Source of the DNA: an uncultured Collinsella sp.
GTDB lineage: Bacteria > Actinomycetota > Coriobacteriia > Coriobacteriales > Coriobacteriaceae
DNA length: 64,000 nt
Direction: 5' to 3'
Assembly: GCA_902466075.1 (NCBI GenBank)
Contig: CABQQA010000001.1
Coordinates: forward strand, 365,403 to 429,402
This document shows positions 7,687-17,304 of the stretch, piece by piece (position 1 is the first letter of the stretch; each line of letters opens with the position of its first letter). Both the position numbers and the translations under genes were made by a program. The notes beneath the pieces are model-generated. The model searched no databases and was not told the origin of the DNA. It saw only the letters and a program-made list of their open reading frames with translations.

Positions 7687-10371
7687 CTAGTCTTCGAGCA
7701 AGTCCTCGATAAAGCCGACGCGGTAGTTCTTGAAGATGACCTCGCCACCGTCTTGCGTGGCGTCCAGATCGACATCGCCCATGATGCCAAAGTCGTGGTC
7801 GCCGTCCTCGTCGGCAAAAATCTGGTGCACGTGCCACACGTGGAGCGCCTTCTCGTCGGACTCGTCGATCGAGAACATAGCAGAGGAGCGCGCGTCGCCG
7901 TCGGTGAGAATCTCCTCGTGCTGCTCGTGGTAAGCGTCGAGTGCTTTTTGCCAGCGGATCTCGCTCATGCCCCAGTCGTCGTCGAGTTCGCCCAGGTCGC
8001 GCACATGCTCGCGGGCGGCAAGAGTCACGCGGCGGAAGAGCGCGTTGCGCACCAACAGCGTGCAGCCGCGACGGTCCGCCACGACCTCGTCGATGCCCTG
8101 CGGCGGCGCGGCGTCGAGGGCTGCCGGGTTGCCAGCGTTTTCCCACTCGTCTACCAAGCTCGAGTCGACCGAGCGCACCACAAAGCCCAGCCACGAGATA
8201 ATGTCGCGCAGGCGCTCGTCGCGCTTCTCGATGGGTACGGTGCGGTCGAGCGAACGGTAAGCCTCTGCCAGGTAGCGCAGCAAAATGCCCTCGGAGCGGG
8301 CGATGCCGAGCTTTTGAATGTAGCCCTTAAAATCGCTCGCGCTTTCCAGCATATCGCGCAGGACGCTCTTGGGAGAGAGCTGGTAGTCGTTTGCCCAGGG
8401 TACTTCCTGGCAGTACTTGTCAAAAGCGGCGTCGAGCAAATCCTCGAGCGGCTTTTCGTACGTGACGTCTTGAATGCGCTCCAGACGCTCCTCATACTCG
8501 ATGCCGTCGGCCTTCATCTCGGCCATAGCTCGATCGCGTGCGGCACGCTCCTGCGCACGCAGCACTTGCTTGGGATCTTCGAGCGTCGCCTCGACCATTG
8601 AGATTAAATCCATGGTATAGGTCTCACTCTCGGGGTCGAGCAGCTCCAGCGCGGCAAGCAAAAACGGCGAGAGCGGCTGGTCGAGCGCAAAGTCCTCGGG
8701 CAGGTCGACCGTCAGCGCGTAGTCGATATCCGGCGCGGCGTCAGTCGGGGCGTCGGGTGCGGGCGGCACCTCGGTGCGCACGACGACGCCGGAATCGATG
8801 AGCGTGGCGAAGATTTCGTCGGCGCGAACCTCGAGCTTTTCCTTTTCCTCGGGCGTTTGCAGGCTTGTCTCGATGAGGTCGTGCACGCGGGCGCGAGCGT
8901 TGCCGCCCCGCTCGACCACGCTAATCACCATGGAGTGCGTGATGCGCAGGCGCGGCTTGAGCGTTTCGGGCTGCGTCTCGATCAGGCGCTCGAACGTCTG
9001 CTTGTTCCAGGTGACAAAGCCCTCGGGGGCCTTCTTCTTTTTAATCTTGCGGAGCTTTTTGGGGTCGTCGCCCGCCTTGGCCATAAGCTTGGCATTCTCG
9101 ATCTCGTGCTCGGGTGCCTCGGCGATGACCATGCCCTCGGTATCGAAGCCCGAGCGACCGGCGCGACCGGCAATCTGATGGAACTCACGGGCGCGCAGGC
9201 GACGCATCTTGTAGCCGTCGAATTTGGTGAGCGCGGTGAGCACCACGGTATGGATGGGCACGTTGATGCCGACGCCGAGCGTATCGGTGCCGCAGATGAC
9301 GGGCAACAGGCCCTGCTGCGCCAAGCGCTCGACCAGCAGGCGATAGCGCGGCAGCATACCGGCGTGGTGCACGCCGACGCCGCAGCCGAGCAAGCGCTTG
9401 AGGATCTTGCCAAAAGCCGTGGAGAAGCTCGTGCCTTTGGCGGCTTCCTTAATAGCCTTGCGCTGCTCCTTGCTGGCAATGCCAAAGTTGGCGAGGGATT
9501 GCGCCGTTGCAAGGGCGGCATCCTGGCTAAAGTGTACGATATAGAGCGGGGCCTCGCCGCGGCGCATGGCGAGCTCGACGGTGCCCTCGAGCGAGGTCGT
9601 CACATAGTCGTAGCTCAGCGGAACAGGACGCGGGGCATCGACGACCAAGTCGCAGGTAGCGCCGGTGTGTTCCTCGAGCGAAGCGGCGATCGCGGTGACA
9701 TCGCCGAGCGTGGCGCTCATGAGCATGAATTGCGTGTGAGGCAGGGTGAGCAGCGGCACCTGCCAGGCCCAACCGCGATCGGGGTCGGCAAAGTAGTGGA
9801 ACTCGTCCATGGCCACGCAGCCTACGTCGGCGCCCTCGCCCTCGCGGAGTGCATCGTTGGCAAGGATTTCGGCCGTGCAGCAGATGACGGGCGCCTTGGT
9901 GTTGATATGCGTGTCGCCGGTGATCATGCCGACGTTATCGCGGCCGAGCACCTGTACCAGATCGAAGAACTTCTCGCTGACCAGAGCCTTGATAGGAGCC
10001 GTGTAATAGCAACGTTTGCCCTGCGCCATGCCCATAAAGAGCATGCCCAGCGCGACAAGCGACTTGCCCGATCCGGTCGGTGTTCCCAAAATGACGTGAT
10101 CGCCGGCAGCCAGGTCCATGAGGGCCTCTTCTTGGTGGTCCCACAGCTCAATACCGCGATTGCTCGTCCATTCAAAGAATCGCTCGAAGGCCTGGTCGGG
10201 CGTGAGCCATGGCTCGGGCTCGCTGCCGTCTTCGGGTTCCCACCAGGTGGGGGAGAGCGCGCCGAGCGAACCGAACTCTGCCTCGGTTCCCGTGCCGCCC
10301 GAGAATGAACTGGCAGCGCCGGCGCCGGAAACGGTGTTGGCAGCGGTATCTGTCGTGGTCTGTACCATATG
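7687..10371 (-). CDS. Ski2-like DEAD/DEAH-box helicase (HelY-like, DUF3516-type C-terminal region)
   Basis: GTPTGSGKS Walker A, MDEFHY (DExH), SATLGD, and HHAGMLP...GTDTLGVGINVP motifs followed by a long C-terminal domain. The start is placed at the internal ATG (MVQTTT...) at 10371. The ORF runs on to 10539 through repeat copy B. Confidence 0.8.
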   Translation of the reverse strand, partial: HMVQTTTDTAANTVSGAGAASSFSGGTGTEAEFGSLGALSPTWWEPEDGSEPEPWLTPDQAFERFFEWTSNRGIELWDHQEEALMDLAAGDHVILGTPTGSGKSLVALGMLFMGMAQGKRCYYTAPIKALVSEKFFDLVQVLGRDNVGMITGDTHINTKAPVICCTAEILANDALREGEGADVGCVAMDEFHYFADPDRGWAWQVPLLTLPHTQFMLMSATLGDVTAIAASLEEHTGATCDLVVDAPRPVPLSYDYVTTSLEGTVELAMRRGEAPLYIVHFSQDAALATAQSLANFGIASKEQRKAIKEAAKGTSFSTAFGKILKRLLGCGVGVHHAGMLPRYRLLVERLAQQGLLPVICGTDTLGVGINVPIHTVVLTALTKFDGYKMRRLRAREFHQIAGRAGRSGFDTEGMVIAEAPEHEIENAKLMAKAGDDPKKLRKIKKKKAPEGFVTWNKQTFERLIETQPETLKPRLRITHSMVISVVERGGNARARVHDLIETSLQTPEEKEKLEVRADEIFATLIDSGVVVRTEVPPAPDAPTDAAPDIDYALTVDLPEDFALDQPLSPFLLAALELLDPESETYTMDLISMVEATLEDPKQVLRAQERAARDRAMAEMKADGIEYEERLERIQDVTYEKPLEDLLDAAFDKYCQEVPWANDYQLSPKSVLRDMLESASDFKGYIQKLGIARSEGILLRYLAEAYRSLDRTVPIEKRDERLRDIISWLGFVVRSVDSSLVDEWENAGNPAALDAAPPQGIDEVVADRRGCTLLVRNALFRRVTLAAREHVRDLGELDDDWGMSEIRWQKALDAYHEQHEEILTDGDARSSAMFSIDESDEKALHVWHVHQIFADEDGDHDFGIMGDVDLDATQDGGEVIFKNYRVGFIEDLLED

Positions 10372-10489
10372 GTTGCTTTCTCTCGCGATTGTCCGCCATC
10401 CATTATGGCGTAGCGTTGCATCGATGCGTTCGCAGGCAAGAAAATGCAGGAAATGGGCGTTCTGCCCGGCCGTTTGGTGCAGCTGCCAG

Positions 10490-10611
10490 CTAAGTGAGTA
10501 GACTTTTTGCAATATCGCGAGCACATGGCTTTTGCACAAGGGATCTACCTGCGGTTTTATTTTTGCTATGCGGATTGTGCTTGGCTATTGCAAAAAAGTC
10601 TACTCACTTAG
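10490..10611 (+). repeat. copy B of the ~122-bp terminal-inverted-repeat element
   Basis: CTAAGTGAGTAGACTTTTT ... GATCTACCTGCGGTTTTAT ... AAAAGTCTACTCACTTAG. Same orientation as copy A. Lies in the gap between the helicase start and the trmB stop. Confidence 0.7.
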
Positions 10612-10634
10612 GTTTGAGGGTCGTTCGCTGGCGC

Positions 10635-11516
10635 CTATTTGCGCTTGTTTGCCGACGCCGCGGCCATCAGAAGCCCCTGGGACTCCTGCGGTAAGCGCTT
10701 CTTGCCTTTCCGGGCGCGGTTTCTAAAGTTCTCGACGGCCTCTTCCATGCCCAGAGGTACATAGGTGAGCTCATCAAGGTTTTCGGGCAGGTAGCACGCA
10801 AGGCTTTGCTCCTGCATGCGGCCCGCCGTGAGCGCATCGTCACTGGGGTGCGCGCCGGGCGTGGCACAAATGCCGTAGACGGCGGCGCCCATCTCGCGCG
10901 TACGGCACTCATATTCGGTCTCAGGATGCTCGGGATGGTCGCGGCGGACATCGTCACTGACCCAACGCGTGTCGTAGCCGGCCGCGGCAAACTGCCCCAG
11001 GGCGTAGTCGCGCAATGGCTTGCTGTCGGTGCGCAGCGTGACGGTGGCGTCGGCTGCAAAGAGCGGGCGATAGAGCATTAGACGGTCGACATGGACGAGT
11101 CGTTTTTTGGCGTACTTGGCCTTGGGCTGCGGCGTGGGGAAGTTGATGGTGATGGCATCGAGCTCGCCTGCGGCAAACAGCTGTGGAAGCGATGCAGCGC
11201 CTCGGGGCAGGACGAGTGCGTTGGATAGCTCCTGCTCGCAGATTTTCTGTGCGGCATAGGCGATGCAGATGGGCTCCTGGTCCATGCCGATAAAGAGGGT
11301 GCTTGGCTCGCGCGCCGCGCGCTCTACAAGGTACGTTCCCTTGCCGCAGCCAAGATCCAGGTGAAGGTGTTCGAAGGTCTCGCCGCCTGCGGACGCACAA
11401 GCCTCGCGCCAATCTCCGGCATAGGCCTCGGGGTTCGTCTCGATCGCATCGGCGTAGCGCTCCAGGCGCTCCTCGAGCACAAAGTTCTTAGGCGTGCGAA
11501 CGTGGACGGCTCCCAT
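10635..11516 (-). CDS. trmB: tRNA (guanine-N7)-methyltransferase
   Basis: The LDLGCGKG SAM motif and INFPTPQPK (the TrmB FPDPWxK-type motif). Has a basic C-terminal tail. Confidence 0.8.
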   Translation of the reverse strand: MGAVHVRTPKNFVLEERLERYADAIETNPEAYAGDWREACASAGGETFEHLHLDLGCGKGTYLVERAAREPSTLFIGMDQEPICIAYAAQKICEQELSNALVLPRGAASLPQLFAAGELDAITINFPTPQPKAKYAKKRLVHVDRLMLYRPLFAADATVTLRTDSKPLRDYALGQFAAAGYDTRWVSDDVRRDHPEHPETEYECRTREMGAAVYGICATPGAHPSDDALTAGRMQEQSLACYLPENLDELTYVPLGMEEAVENFRNRARKGKKRLPQESQGLLMAAASANKRK

Positions 11517-11635
11517 GAGGCTCCTTGGTCATACGTATGGAACACATTGCAGGCGCGTTCCGTCAATGGGTTGAAAAAGGGTGGGCATGGTTTGCCCGAA
11601 AGATGCGGTGCGGCTCGGCGGCGAGTCGCCGATAC

Positions 11636-12556
11636 CTACAGGCGCTTGAGAATCACATAGCGGTTGAGCTCGCCGCTGCGACCGTCGGCATGGAAACGCT
11701 CAAGCTCGCGCACGGGGACCTCGCCGCTCTTGTAGAACGTGCGGACACCGCGCACCAGGTCGGTGATCTGCTGATCGTCAAAGTGATGGCAATAGCGGTA
11801 GGCGTGGCGGTCGTTTTGCCAGCCAATGAGGTGGTCACCGGCTTCAAACTGCGTGGAATCGTAACCCTCAAACGGCGGGGTGAGCTCGGCGCGTGCCTCG
11901 GCTCGAACGGCCTTGCGCGCCATGCGCTCGTCATTCATAAACTCCCAAAAGCTGATGGCGATGATGCCGCCCGGGTGCGTCTGGCGCACCAGGGCGTCGA
12001 GCACGCGTACGCGGTACTCGCATGACGGCACGTGGTGCATAAAACCAAAGCAGACCGAGATGTCGGCGAGCGGGGCGTCGAAAAGCACGTCGGGTGTTTC
12101 GGCGGGGTTGAGCTTCATGAGGGCGTCGAGCACGTCGAGTTCCTGGAAGTGCAGGTTGGGAATGCGCAGGGCGTGGCCGCGCGCATCGATAGCCAAATCT
12201 TGGCACGAGTCGACGCCGTAGAATTCAAACGGGCAGCTGGCATCCGCCGAGGGGCTCGTGCCATCTACGCCTTTGGCGGCAAGTGCGCCGCCGGCGGCAA
12301 AGTTCTCAAAGCGCATATTTCCGCAGGCAAGATCGAAGACGCGGACGGGATGCTCGATCGTGGCCACATCGAGCTGCTCGAGCGCGATGTCCATGGTGCG
12401 CACCCAGCCGGGCCACGGGGCCTGGCGCGTATCGGAAAAGGAGGCGGAGTGCTCGCGATAGAACGTATTGTTGAGCTGGATGAGCGATGAGGCGAAATCG
12501 CGGTTCACGGCGCGGAACTCCCTCCGTTGGCGGTGCGGAATAAACAGTACGACCAT
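11636..12556 (-). CDS. class I SAM-dependent methyltransferase
   Basis: VFDLACGNMRF (motif I) and GGIIAISFW (post-II). The start is placed at the internal ATG (MVVLF...). The ORF opens at 12643. Confidence 0.55.
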   Translation of the reverse strand: MVVLFIPHRQRREFRAVNRDFASSLIQLNNTFYREHSASFSDTRQAPWPGWVRTMDIALEQLDVATIEHPVRVFDLACGNMRFENFAAGGALAAKGVDGTSPSADASCPFEFYGVDSCQDLAIDARGHALRIPNLHFQELDVLDALMKLNPAETPDVLFDAPLADISVCFGFMHHVPSCEYRVRVLDALVRQTHPGGIIAISFWEFMNDERMARKAVRAEARAELTPPFEGYDSTQFEAGDHLIGWQNDRHAYRYCHHFDDQQITDLVRGVRTFYKSGEVPVRELERFHADGRSGELNRYVILKRL

Positions 12557-12775
12557 ACTACCGTTAACGCCGCAACGGGGACAACCGAGCCGTGGGTCAT
12601 TGCTTTGTTTGGACACATTTCCGCAGCTCATATGCACCCGCAACCGCCGGTTGTCAAAAATCTCACTAGAATAGGTGGCATGATTTTGGCGGTGGCGGAT
12701 AGATTTTTAACTGTGCAAGGCGCCTTAAGAACAAAAACGGTCCGGCGGCACGGCTGGCATCGCATAGGAGGAACC

Positions 12776-13498
12776 ATGAATGTAGAAACTGCGCAGCGGC
12801 TCGCCGACCTTCGCCGCAGCAAGGGTTTTAGCCAAGAAGGGCTGGCGCGAAAGCTGGGACTGTCGCGCCAGGCGGTCAGTAAATGGGAGCGCGCGGAGAG
12901 CTCGCCCGATACCGAGAACCTGATCTCGCTCGCCAAGCTCTATGGTGTGAGTCTGGACGAGCTGCTCAATCCGAGCGACGAGATCGAGGACGATATCGAG
13001 TTTGAGAATGAGGACCGCGCCCGCCAGCGCGAGGCCGAGGCGGCGGAGCGAGCCCGTACCCACGAGGCGGCGGCACGCGCTACCGAGGCCGCAACGCAGG
13101 CGAGTGATGCCGCGGCTAAGGCGGCGCAGGCTGCAAGCTGGAGCGCGCAGGTGGCTAACGCCGCGACGGCGCAAGCGACGAACGCCGGTGCGGTCAATCC
13201 GACTCCGGTGAAAGGTCCGTTCCAGTCGTTTCCGTATTGGGTCGTGTGCTGGCTGCTGTTCTTTTTGCTGATGTTCCTGTTTGGTGCCGGCCCCTTTGCC
13301 GCACTGATCTTCTTTACGATTCCTATCTATCACTGGGTGGCGCGTGCGCTCGATGGTGATTGGGCACGCGGGGATATTCAGGTTGGTTCGGCGTCGGTGG
13401 CGGTCAAGGCCCAGGGGAAGGATACTTCTGCGGAACCTGATGCTGACGTGGCTACCGCGGTCACCGCTGAGCCATGTGCCAAAGAGGGTGACGAATGA
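12776..13498 (+). CDS. XRE-family HTH protein with C-terminal transmembrane segments
   Basis: N-terminal LADLRRSKGFSQEGLARKLGLSRQAVSKWERAESSPDTENLISLAKLYGVSLDELL is a Cro/C1 HTH. An Ala-rich linker is followed by hydrophobic helices (FPYWVVCWLLFFLLMFLFG...). AGGAGG RBS before the ATG at 12776. Confidence 0.7.
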   Translation: MNVETAQRLADLRRSKGFSQEGLARKLGLSRQAVSKWERAESSPDTENLISLAKLYGVSLDELLNPSDEIEDDIEFENEDRARQREAEAAERARTHEAAARATEAATQASDAAAKAAQAASWSAQVANAATAQATNAGAVNPTPVKGPFQSFPYWVVCWLLFFLLMFLFGAGPFAALIFFTIPIYHWVARALDGDWARGDIQVGSASVAVKAQGKDTSAEPDADVATAVTAEPCAKEGDE

Positions 13499-14394
13499 TG
13501 AAGCTTTCGCATGAATCCAAGCTGCGCCTGGGCGTCGGCATCGGAGCGTTTGTGCTCATCATCGGGCTTGTCTTCGGCATTTCGCGGACATTGATTCCCT
13601 TCGATGGACTGTGGGACCTCGACGATATTGCATCTGGCTTGTCTGGTATGGGCGATGTGGATGACGAGGATGATCTTTTGGATGGCGGTAACTATTCTGC
13701 TCGGCCTCAGCAGCTTTCGAGCGAAACCTTTGATGCCGACGCGTTCACATCGCTCGACTTGGACGTGACGTCGGGCACGGTCAAGGTCAAACTCGTCTCC
13801 GGCGGGCCAGCGCGCGTAATTGAAAGCGGTCGCGTGGCAACGGGGACTGTTGCCTTCGATGCGGCAACCCAGAACCTGGCCGAAATCAAGGGCTCTACGC
13901 TCAAGATTCGCCAGTTCGATTGCGATGACGAGCGCGCCATTGACCGAACGGTTACCGTCGAACTGCCGCGCGAAGTTGCCGATAACATGGTGGGCATTAC
14001 AGCGAATGTAGGATCGGGTGATCTGACGGTCGCGGGCATTGCGTGTCATGACCTCAACCTGACTCTGGACTCGGGAGACGTTGAGTTTGCGGGCACCGTA
14101 ACCGACACCTTGGATGCCGAGGTCGGTTCGGGCGATGTGGCGTTCGAGCTCTACCAGGCCCCCGCGAAGTCGATGGACGTAAGCGTGGGCTCGGGCGATG
14201 TGGAGATATCGGTTCCGAGCTCTACGGGCTTTAAGGCGAGCCTCACCGTGGGCAGCGGTGACTTTGAGAGCGATTTCCTTCCGCTTGGCTACGATGGCGA
14301 GACCATATTGAATGCTGAATTCGACAACGGTGACAAGTCTGCAACATATCGTTTTAAGGTCGGTTCGGGCGACATGTCGTTCGAATCGGTGTGA
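13495..14394 (+). CDS. DUF4097-like (putative adhesin / beta-strand repeat) membrane-anchored protein
   Basis: N-terminal TM segment then repeated GSGD[VL] beta-strand motifs (VGSGDVAFE, VGSGDVEIS, VGSGDFESD, VGSGDMSFE). The ATG overlaps the upstream stop (ATGA). Confidence 0.6.
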   Translation: MMKLSHESKLRLGVGIGAFVLIIGLVFGISRTLIPFDGLWDLDDIASGLSGMGDVDDEDDLLDGGNYSARPQQLSSETFDADAFTSLDLDVTSGTVKVKLVSGGPARVIESGRVATGTVAFDAATQNLAEIKGSTLKIRQFDCDDERAIDRTVTVELPREVADNMVGITANVGSGDLTVAGIACHDLNLTLDSGDVEFAGTVTDTLDAEVGSGDVAFELYQAPAKSMDVSVGSGDVEISVPSSTGFKASLTVGSGDFESDFLPLGYDGETILNAEFDNGDKSATYRFKVGSGDMSFESV

Positions 14395-14491
14395 CATGCG
14401 GTTTTCGGAGATCGGTGCATATAGGCATGCTCTTTGATGGAGGCGTCGGGGCCGTGACGGGCTCCGGCGCCTTTGCCTTTACAATGGGGGC

Positions 14492-16399
14492 ATGGAACAG
14501 ATTATTTTGAACATACTCGAGGCTCTGCGTCGCGGCGAGACCGTGGACGACAAGGCACTCGTCAAGCTGATACATGCCGAGGCGCGCCGTGAGGGCGCCG
14601 ACAAACGCGATTTGGCCAAGCGCCGCCTGCTGCCGTTCTACCAGCGGGTAAAACGTGAGGAGCCGGCTCGTTGGGCTGGGTGGAATGTCGATGCCGAGCT
14701 GGAACGTCGACTGCTGCAGGCGCTGCGCATGAAGCCGCGCCGAACGGCCTCAGGCGTGGCGACCATTACCGTCATCACCAAGCCGTGGCCGTGCTCGGGC
14801 GATTGCCTGTTTTGTCCCAATGATCTGCGCATGCCCAAGAGCTATCTGCACGCCGAGCCGGCATGCGCCCGTGCGGAGCAAAACTGCTTCGATCCGTATC
14901 TGCAGGTGAGCGCCCGTTTGACCGCGCTTTCGCAGATGGGGCATGCGACCGACAAGATAGAGCTCATCGTACTCGGCGGTACCTGGAGCGACTATCCGCA
15001 AGGGTATCAGACATGGTTTATGTCGGAGCTCTTCCGTGCGCTCAATGACGATGCCGTCGCCGGCGTGGCGGCTAATCCCATGTTGGCGCGCCCGGGCATC
15101 AGCCGTGCCGAGGCGGGGCGCCTGCTCGATGACGCTCCCGCCGATGCCCTGCCGCCGGTGGTAGCAGAGCGCCGCGAGCGCTATCGGGCCGCCGGCATTG
15201 CGACCGATGAGGCCGAGCTTGCCGCCGGCGTTGCCGGCGAGCAAGGGCGTGTGGATGCTGCCGTGGGCGGCTATAACCGCGCGGTTCATCGCCTGTACGG
15301 CTCTGGTACACCCTGGGGCACGGTTGCCGAGTGGCAGACGGCGACGATGGAGGAGCTTGAGCGCCAGCAGCGCATCAACGAGACGGCGAAGCATCGCGTG
15401 GTGGGACTCGTTATCGAGACGCGCCCCGATGCCGTAACGCCGCAGGCGCTCACGCTCATCCGCCGTCTGGGCTGCACCAAGATTCAGATGGGCATCCAGA
15501 GTCTCGACCAGCACCTGCTCGATATCAACGAGCGCCGCATTTCGGTGGCTCAGGTCGAGCGGGCGTTTTCGCTTGCGCGCCTGTTTGGCTTTAAGATCCA
15601 CGCGCATTTTATGCTCAACCTGTTGGGCGCCACGCCCGAGGGGGACAAGCGCGACTACGAGCGCTTTATGACCGAAGGGGCCTTTATGCCCGACGAGGTC
15701 AAGGTTTACCCGTGTGCGCTCATCGATGGCTCGCGTCTGGTGGGCTGCTATGAGCGTGGCGAGTGGCGCCCCTATACCGAGGACGAGTTGCTCGATGTGC
15801 TTGCCGACGACATCGTGGTGACGCCGGCGTTCTGCCGCATCAGCCGCATGATTCGCGACTTTAGCTCCGATGACATCATGGTGGGCAACAAGAAGCCCAA
15901 CCTGCGTCAGCTCGTCGAAAACCGCTTGGCGGCTCGTGGGGAAGGCGCGACGGTGCGCGAGATCCGCTATCGCGAGATCAGCACAGCGGGTGCCGACCTG
16001 AACGAGTTGGCCCTTGACGAGGAAGTGGCGTACGAGACGCCGGTGACGCACGAGCGCTTTTTGCAGTGGGTAACGCCGCAGGGCAAGATCGCGGGCTTTT
16101 TGCGCTTGTCGCTGCCCGACCGCGCCTTTGTCACCGCACATGCGGACGAGTTGCCGACCAGGCCGGAGGAAGCGATGATTCGCGAGGTGCACGTCTATGG
16201 TATGGCGGCACGTGTGGGCGATCAGGGCCAGGCGGCTCAGCATCATGGACTGGGGCGCTCGCTGGTGGAGCGTGCGTGCCAGATTGCTCGGGACGCGGGC
16301 TATGCGCGCATCAACGTGATCAGCGCGATTGGCACGCGCGAGTACTATCGCCATCTTGGATTTTATGACCATGGCCTCTATCTGCAAAAGGAGCTCTAG
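14492..16399 (+). CDS. Elp3-like radical-SAM plus GNAT acetyltransferase
   Basis: CSGDCLFCPN (Cx3Cx2C radical-SAM cluster motif), a long radical-SAM core, and a C-terminal GNAT signature (HHGLGRSLVERACQIARDAGY...). Confidence 0.8.
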   Translation: MEQIILNILEALRRGETVDDKALVKLIHAEARREGADKRDLAKRRLLPFYQRVKREEPARWAGWNVDAELERRLLQALRMKPRRTASGVATITVITKPWPCSGDCLFCPNDLRMPKSYLHAEPACARAEQNCFDPYLQVSARLTALSQMGHATDKIELIVLGGTWSDYPQGYQTWFMSELFRALNDDAVAGVAANPMLARPGISRAEAGRLLDDAPADALPPVVAERRERYRAAGIATDEAELAAGVAGEQGRVDAAVGGYNRAVHRLYGSGTPWGTVAEWQTATMEELERQQRINETAKHRVVGLVIETRPDAVTPQALTLIRRLGCTKIQMGIQSLDQHLLDINERRISVAQVERAFSLARLFGFKIHAHFMLNLLGATPEGDKRDYERFMTEGAFMPDEVKVYPCALIDGSRLVGCYERGEWRPYTEDELLDVLADDIVVTPAFCRISRMIRDFSSDDIMVGNKKPNLRQLVENRLAARGEGATVREIRYREISTAGADLNELALDEEVAYETPVTHERFLQWVTPQGKIAGFLRLSLPDRAFVTAHADELPTRPEEAMIREVHVYGMAARVGDQGQAAQHHGLGRSLVERACQIARDAGYARINVISAIGTREYYRHLGFYDHGLYLQKEL

Positions 16400-17278
16400 A
16401 TGAACAAGCCGAGTGTTTCTGCTGGCGTCGTTGCCGGCGTTGCTCTGGGAGCCGCGGCGCTTGGTGCGGCCGCTGTCGCTGTTCGTGCTGCCTGTCTGCA
16501 GGTTGCGCGAACCCGTAATGGGTTGGCGCGTGTGAAACGCGTGCACGATGAGAGCGGTGAGGAAGTCCGCGTGTTGGTGCAAGGCGGCGTGTACCAAAGC
16601 GCGACCTACGTTGGCGAGCGTTGGGCAGAGCCCGTCTTTGCATACTATCGTGCGTTTGACGATGTGTTTGAGGCCGAGGACGCAATGCGTGGCGCCTATG
16701 GTCACGGTATCGACTGCATGCTTATGCTGGGCGGCGGCGGGTTTGCATATCCCAAGTTCGCTCTGATGTCACACGAGGGCCTGCGCATGGACGTTATCGA
16801 GTATGACGGAGAGGTAACACGCTTGGCGCGGCGCTGGTTCTACCTGGATGAGCTGGAGCACGCGGTGGGCGATCGCCTGCGAGTGATTACCGCTGAGGCT
16901 CGCTCGTATCTGGGTGTGACGAGCGTGGGCCATCGTCGCTACGACGTGGTCGTGAGCGATTGCTTTGGCGGTACCGAGCCCGTGCGCGAGCTGGCAACGG
17001 TTGCGGCTCTGCGTTTGGTGCGAGGCAGCCTGAACCCCGGGGGTATCTACGTGGCCAATAGCGTGAGCGCAAACGAGGGGAGCGATGTGACGTTCCTGCG
17101 CGACTGCGCTGCCACGGCACTCGAGGTATTCGCCCACGCCTGGGTGGTCCCATGTGGCGATGCGGAGTTCGGCGGCGAGGAGAACTACCTGCTCGTCGCC
17201 AGCGACGGCGACTACGCTTTTGCCGAAGCCGTGCCCTTCGACGCCGACTTCCTCGGCATCGTCCTTCACGACAAATAA
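16400..17278 (+). CDS. spermidine-synthase-like (aminopropyltransferase-fold) protein with N-terminal hydrophobic segment
   Basis: MLMLGGGGFAYP glycine-rich motif and VVSDCFGG. The ATG sits immediately after the Elp3 stop (TAGATG). Confidence 0.55.
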   Translation: MNKPSVSAGVVAGVALGAAALGAAAVAVRAACLQVARTRNGLARVKRVHDESGEEVRVLVQGGVYQSATYVGERWAEPVFAYYRAFDDVFEAEDAMRGAYGHGIDCMLMLGGGGFAYPKFALMSHEGLRMDVIEYDGEVTRLARRWFYLDELEHAVGDRLRVITAEARSYLGVTSVGHRRYDVVVSDCFGGTEPVRELATVAALRLVRGSLNPGGIYVANSVSANEGSDVTFLRDCAATALEVFAHAWVVPCGDAEFGGEENYLLVASDGDYAFAEAVPFDADFLGIVLHDK

Positions 17279-17304
17279 GTTTCCCCGTCCCAAAAAGACT
17301 GGTC

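Noticed and set aside
8857-10308. 483-aa plus-strand ORF antisense to the HelY-like helicase
   Set aside because: Gly/Ala/Arg/Asp-rich low-complexity translation, fully nested in a helicase with all canonical motifs.
10372-10539. N-terminal 56-codon extension of the helicase ORF running through repeat copy B
   Set aside because: No RBS at 10539. The extension is encoded partly by the repeat element. The internal ATG (MVQTTT) is the plausible start.
14750-16705. 651-aa minus-strand ORF antisense to the Elp3-like gene
   Set aside because: Arg/Ala/Gly-rich, spans two sense genes, no motifs.
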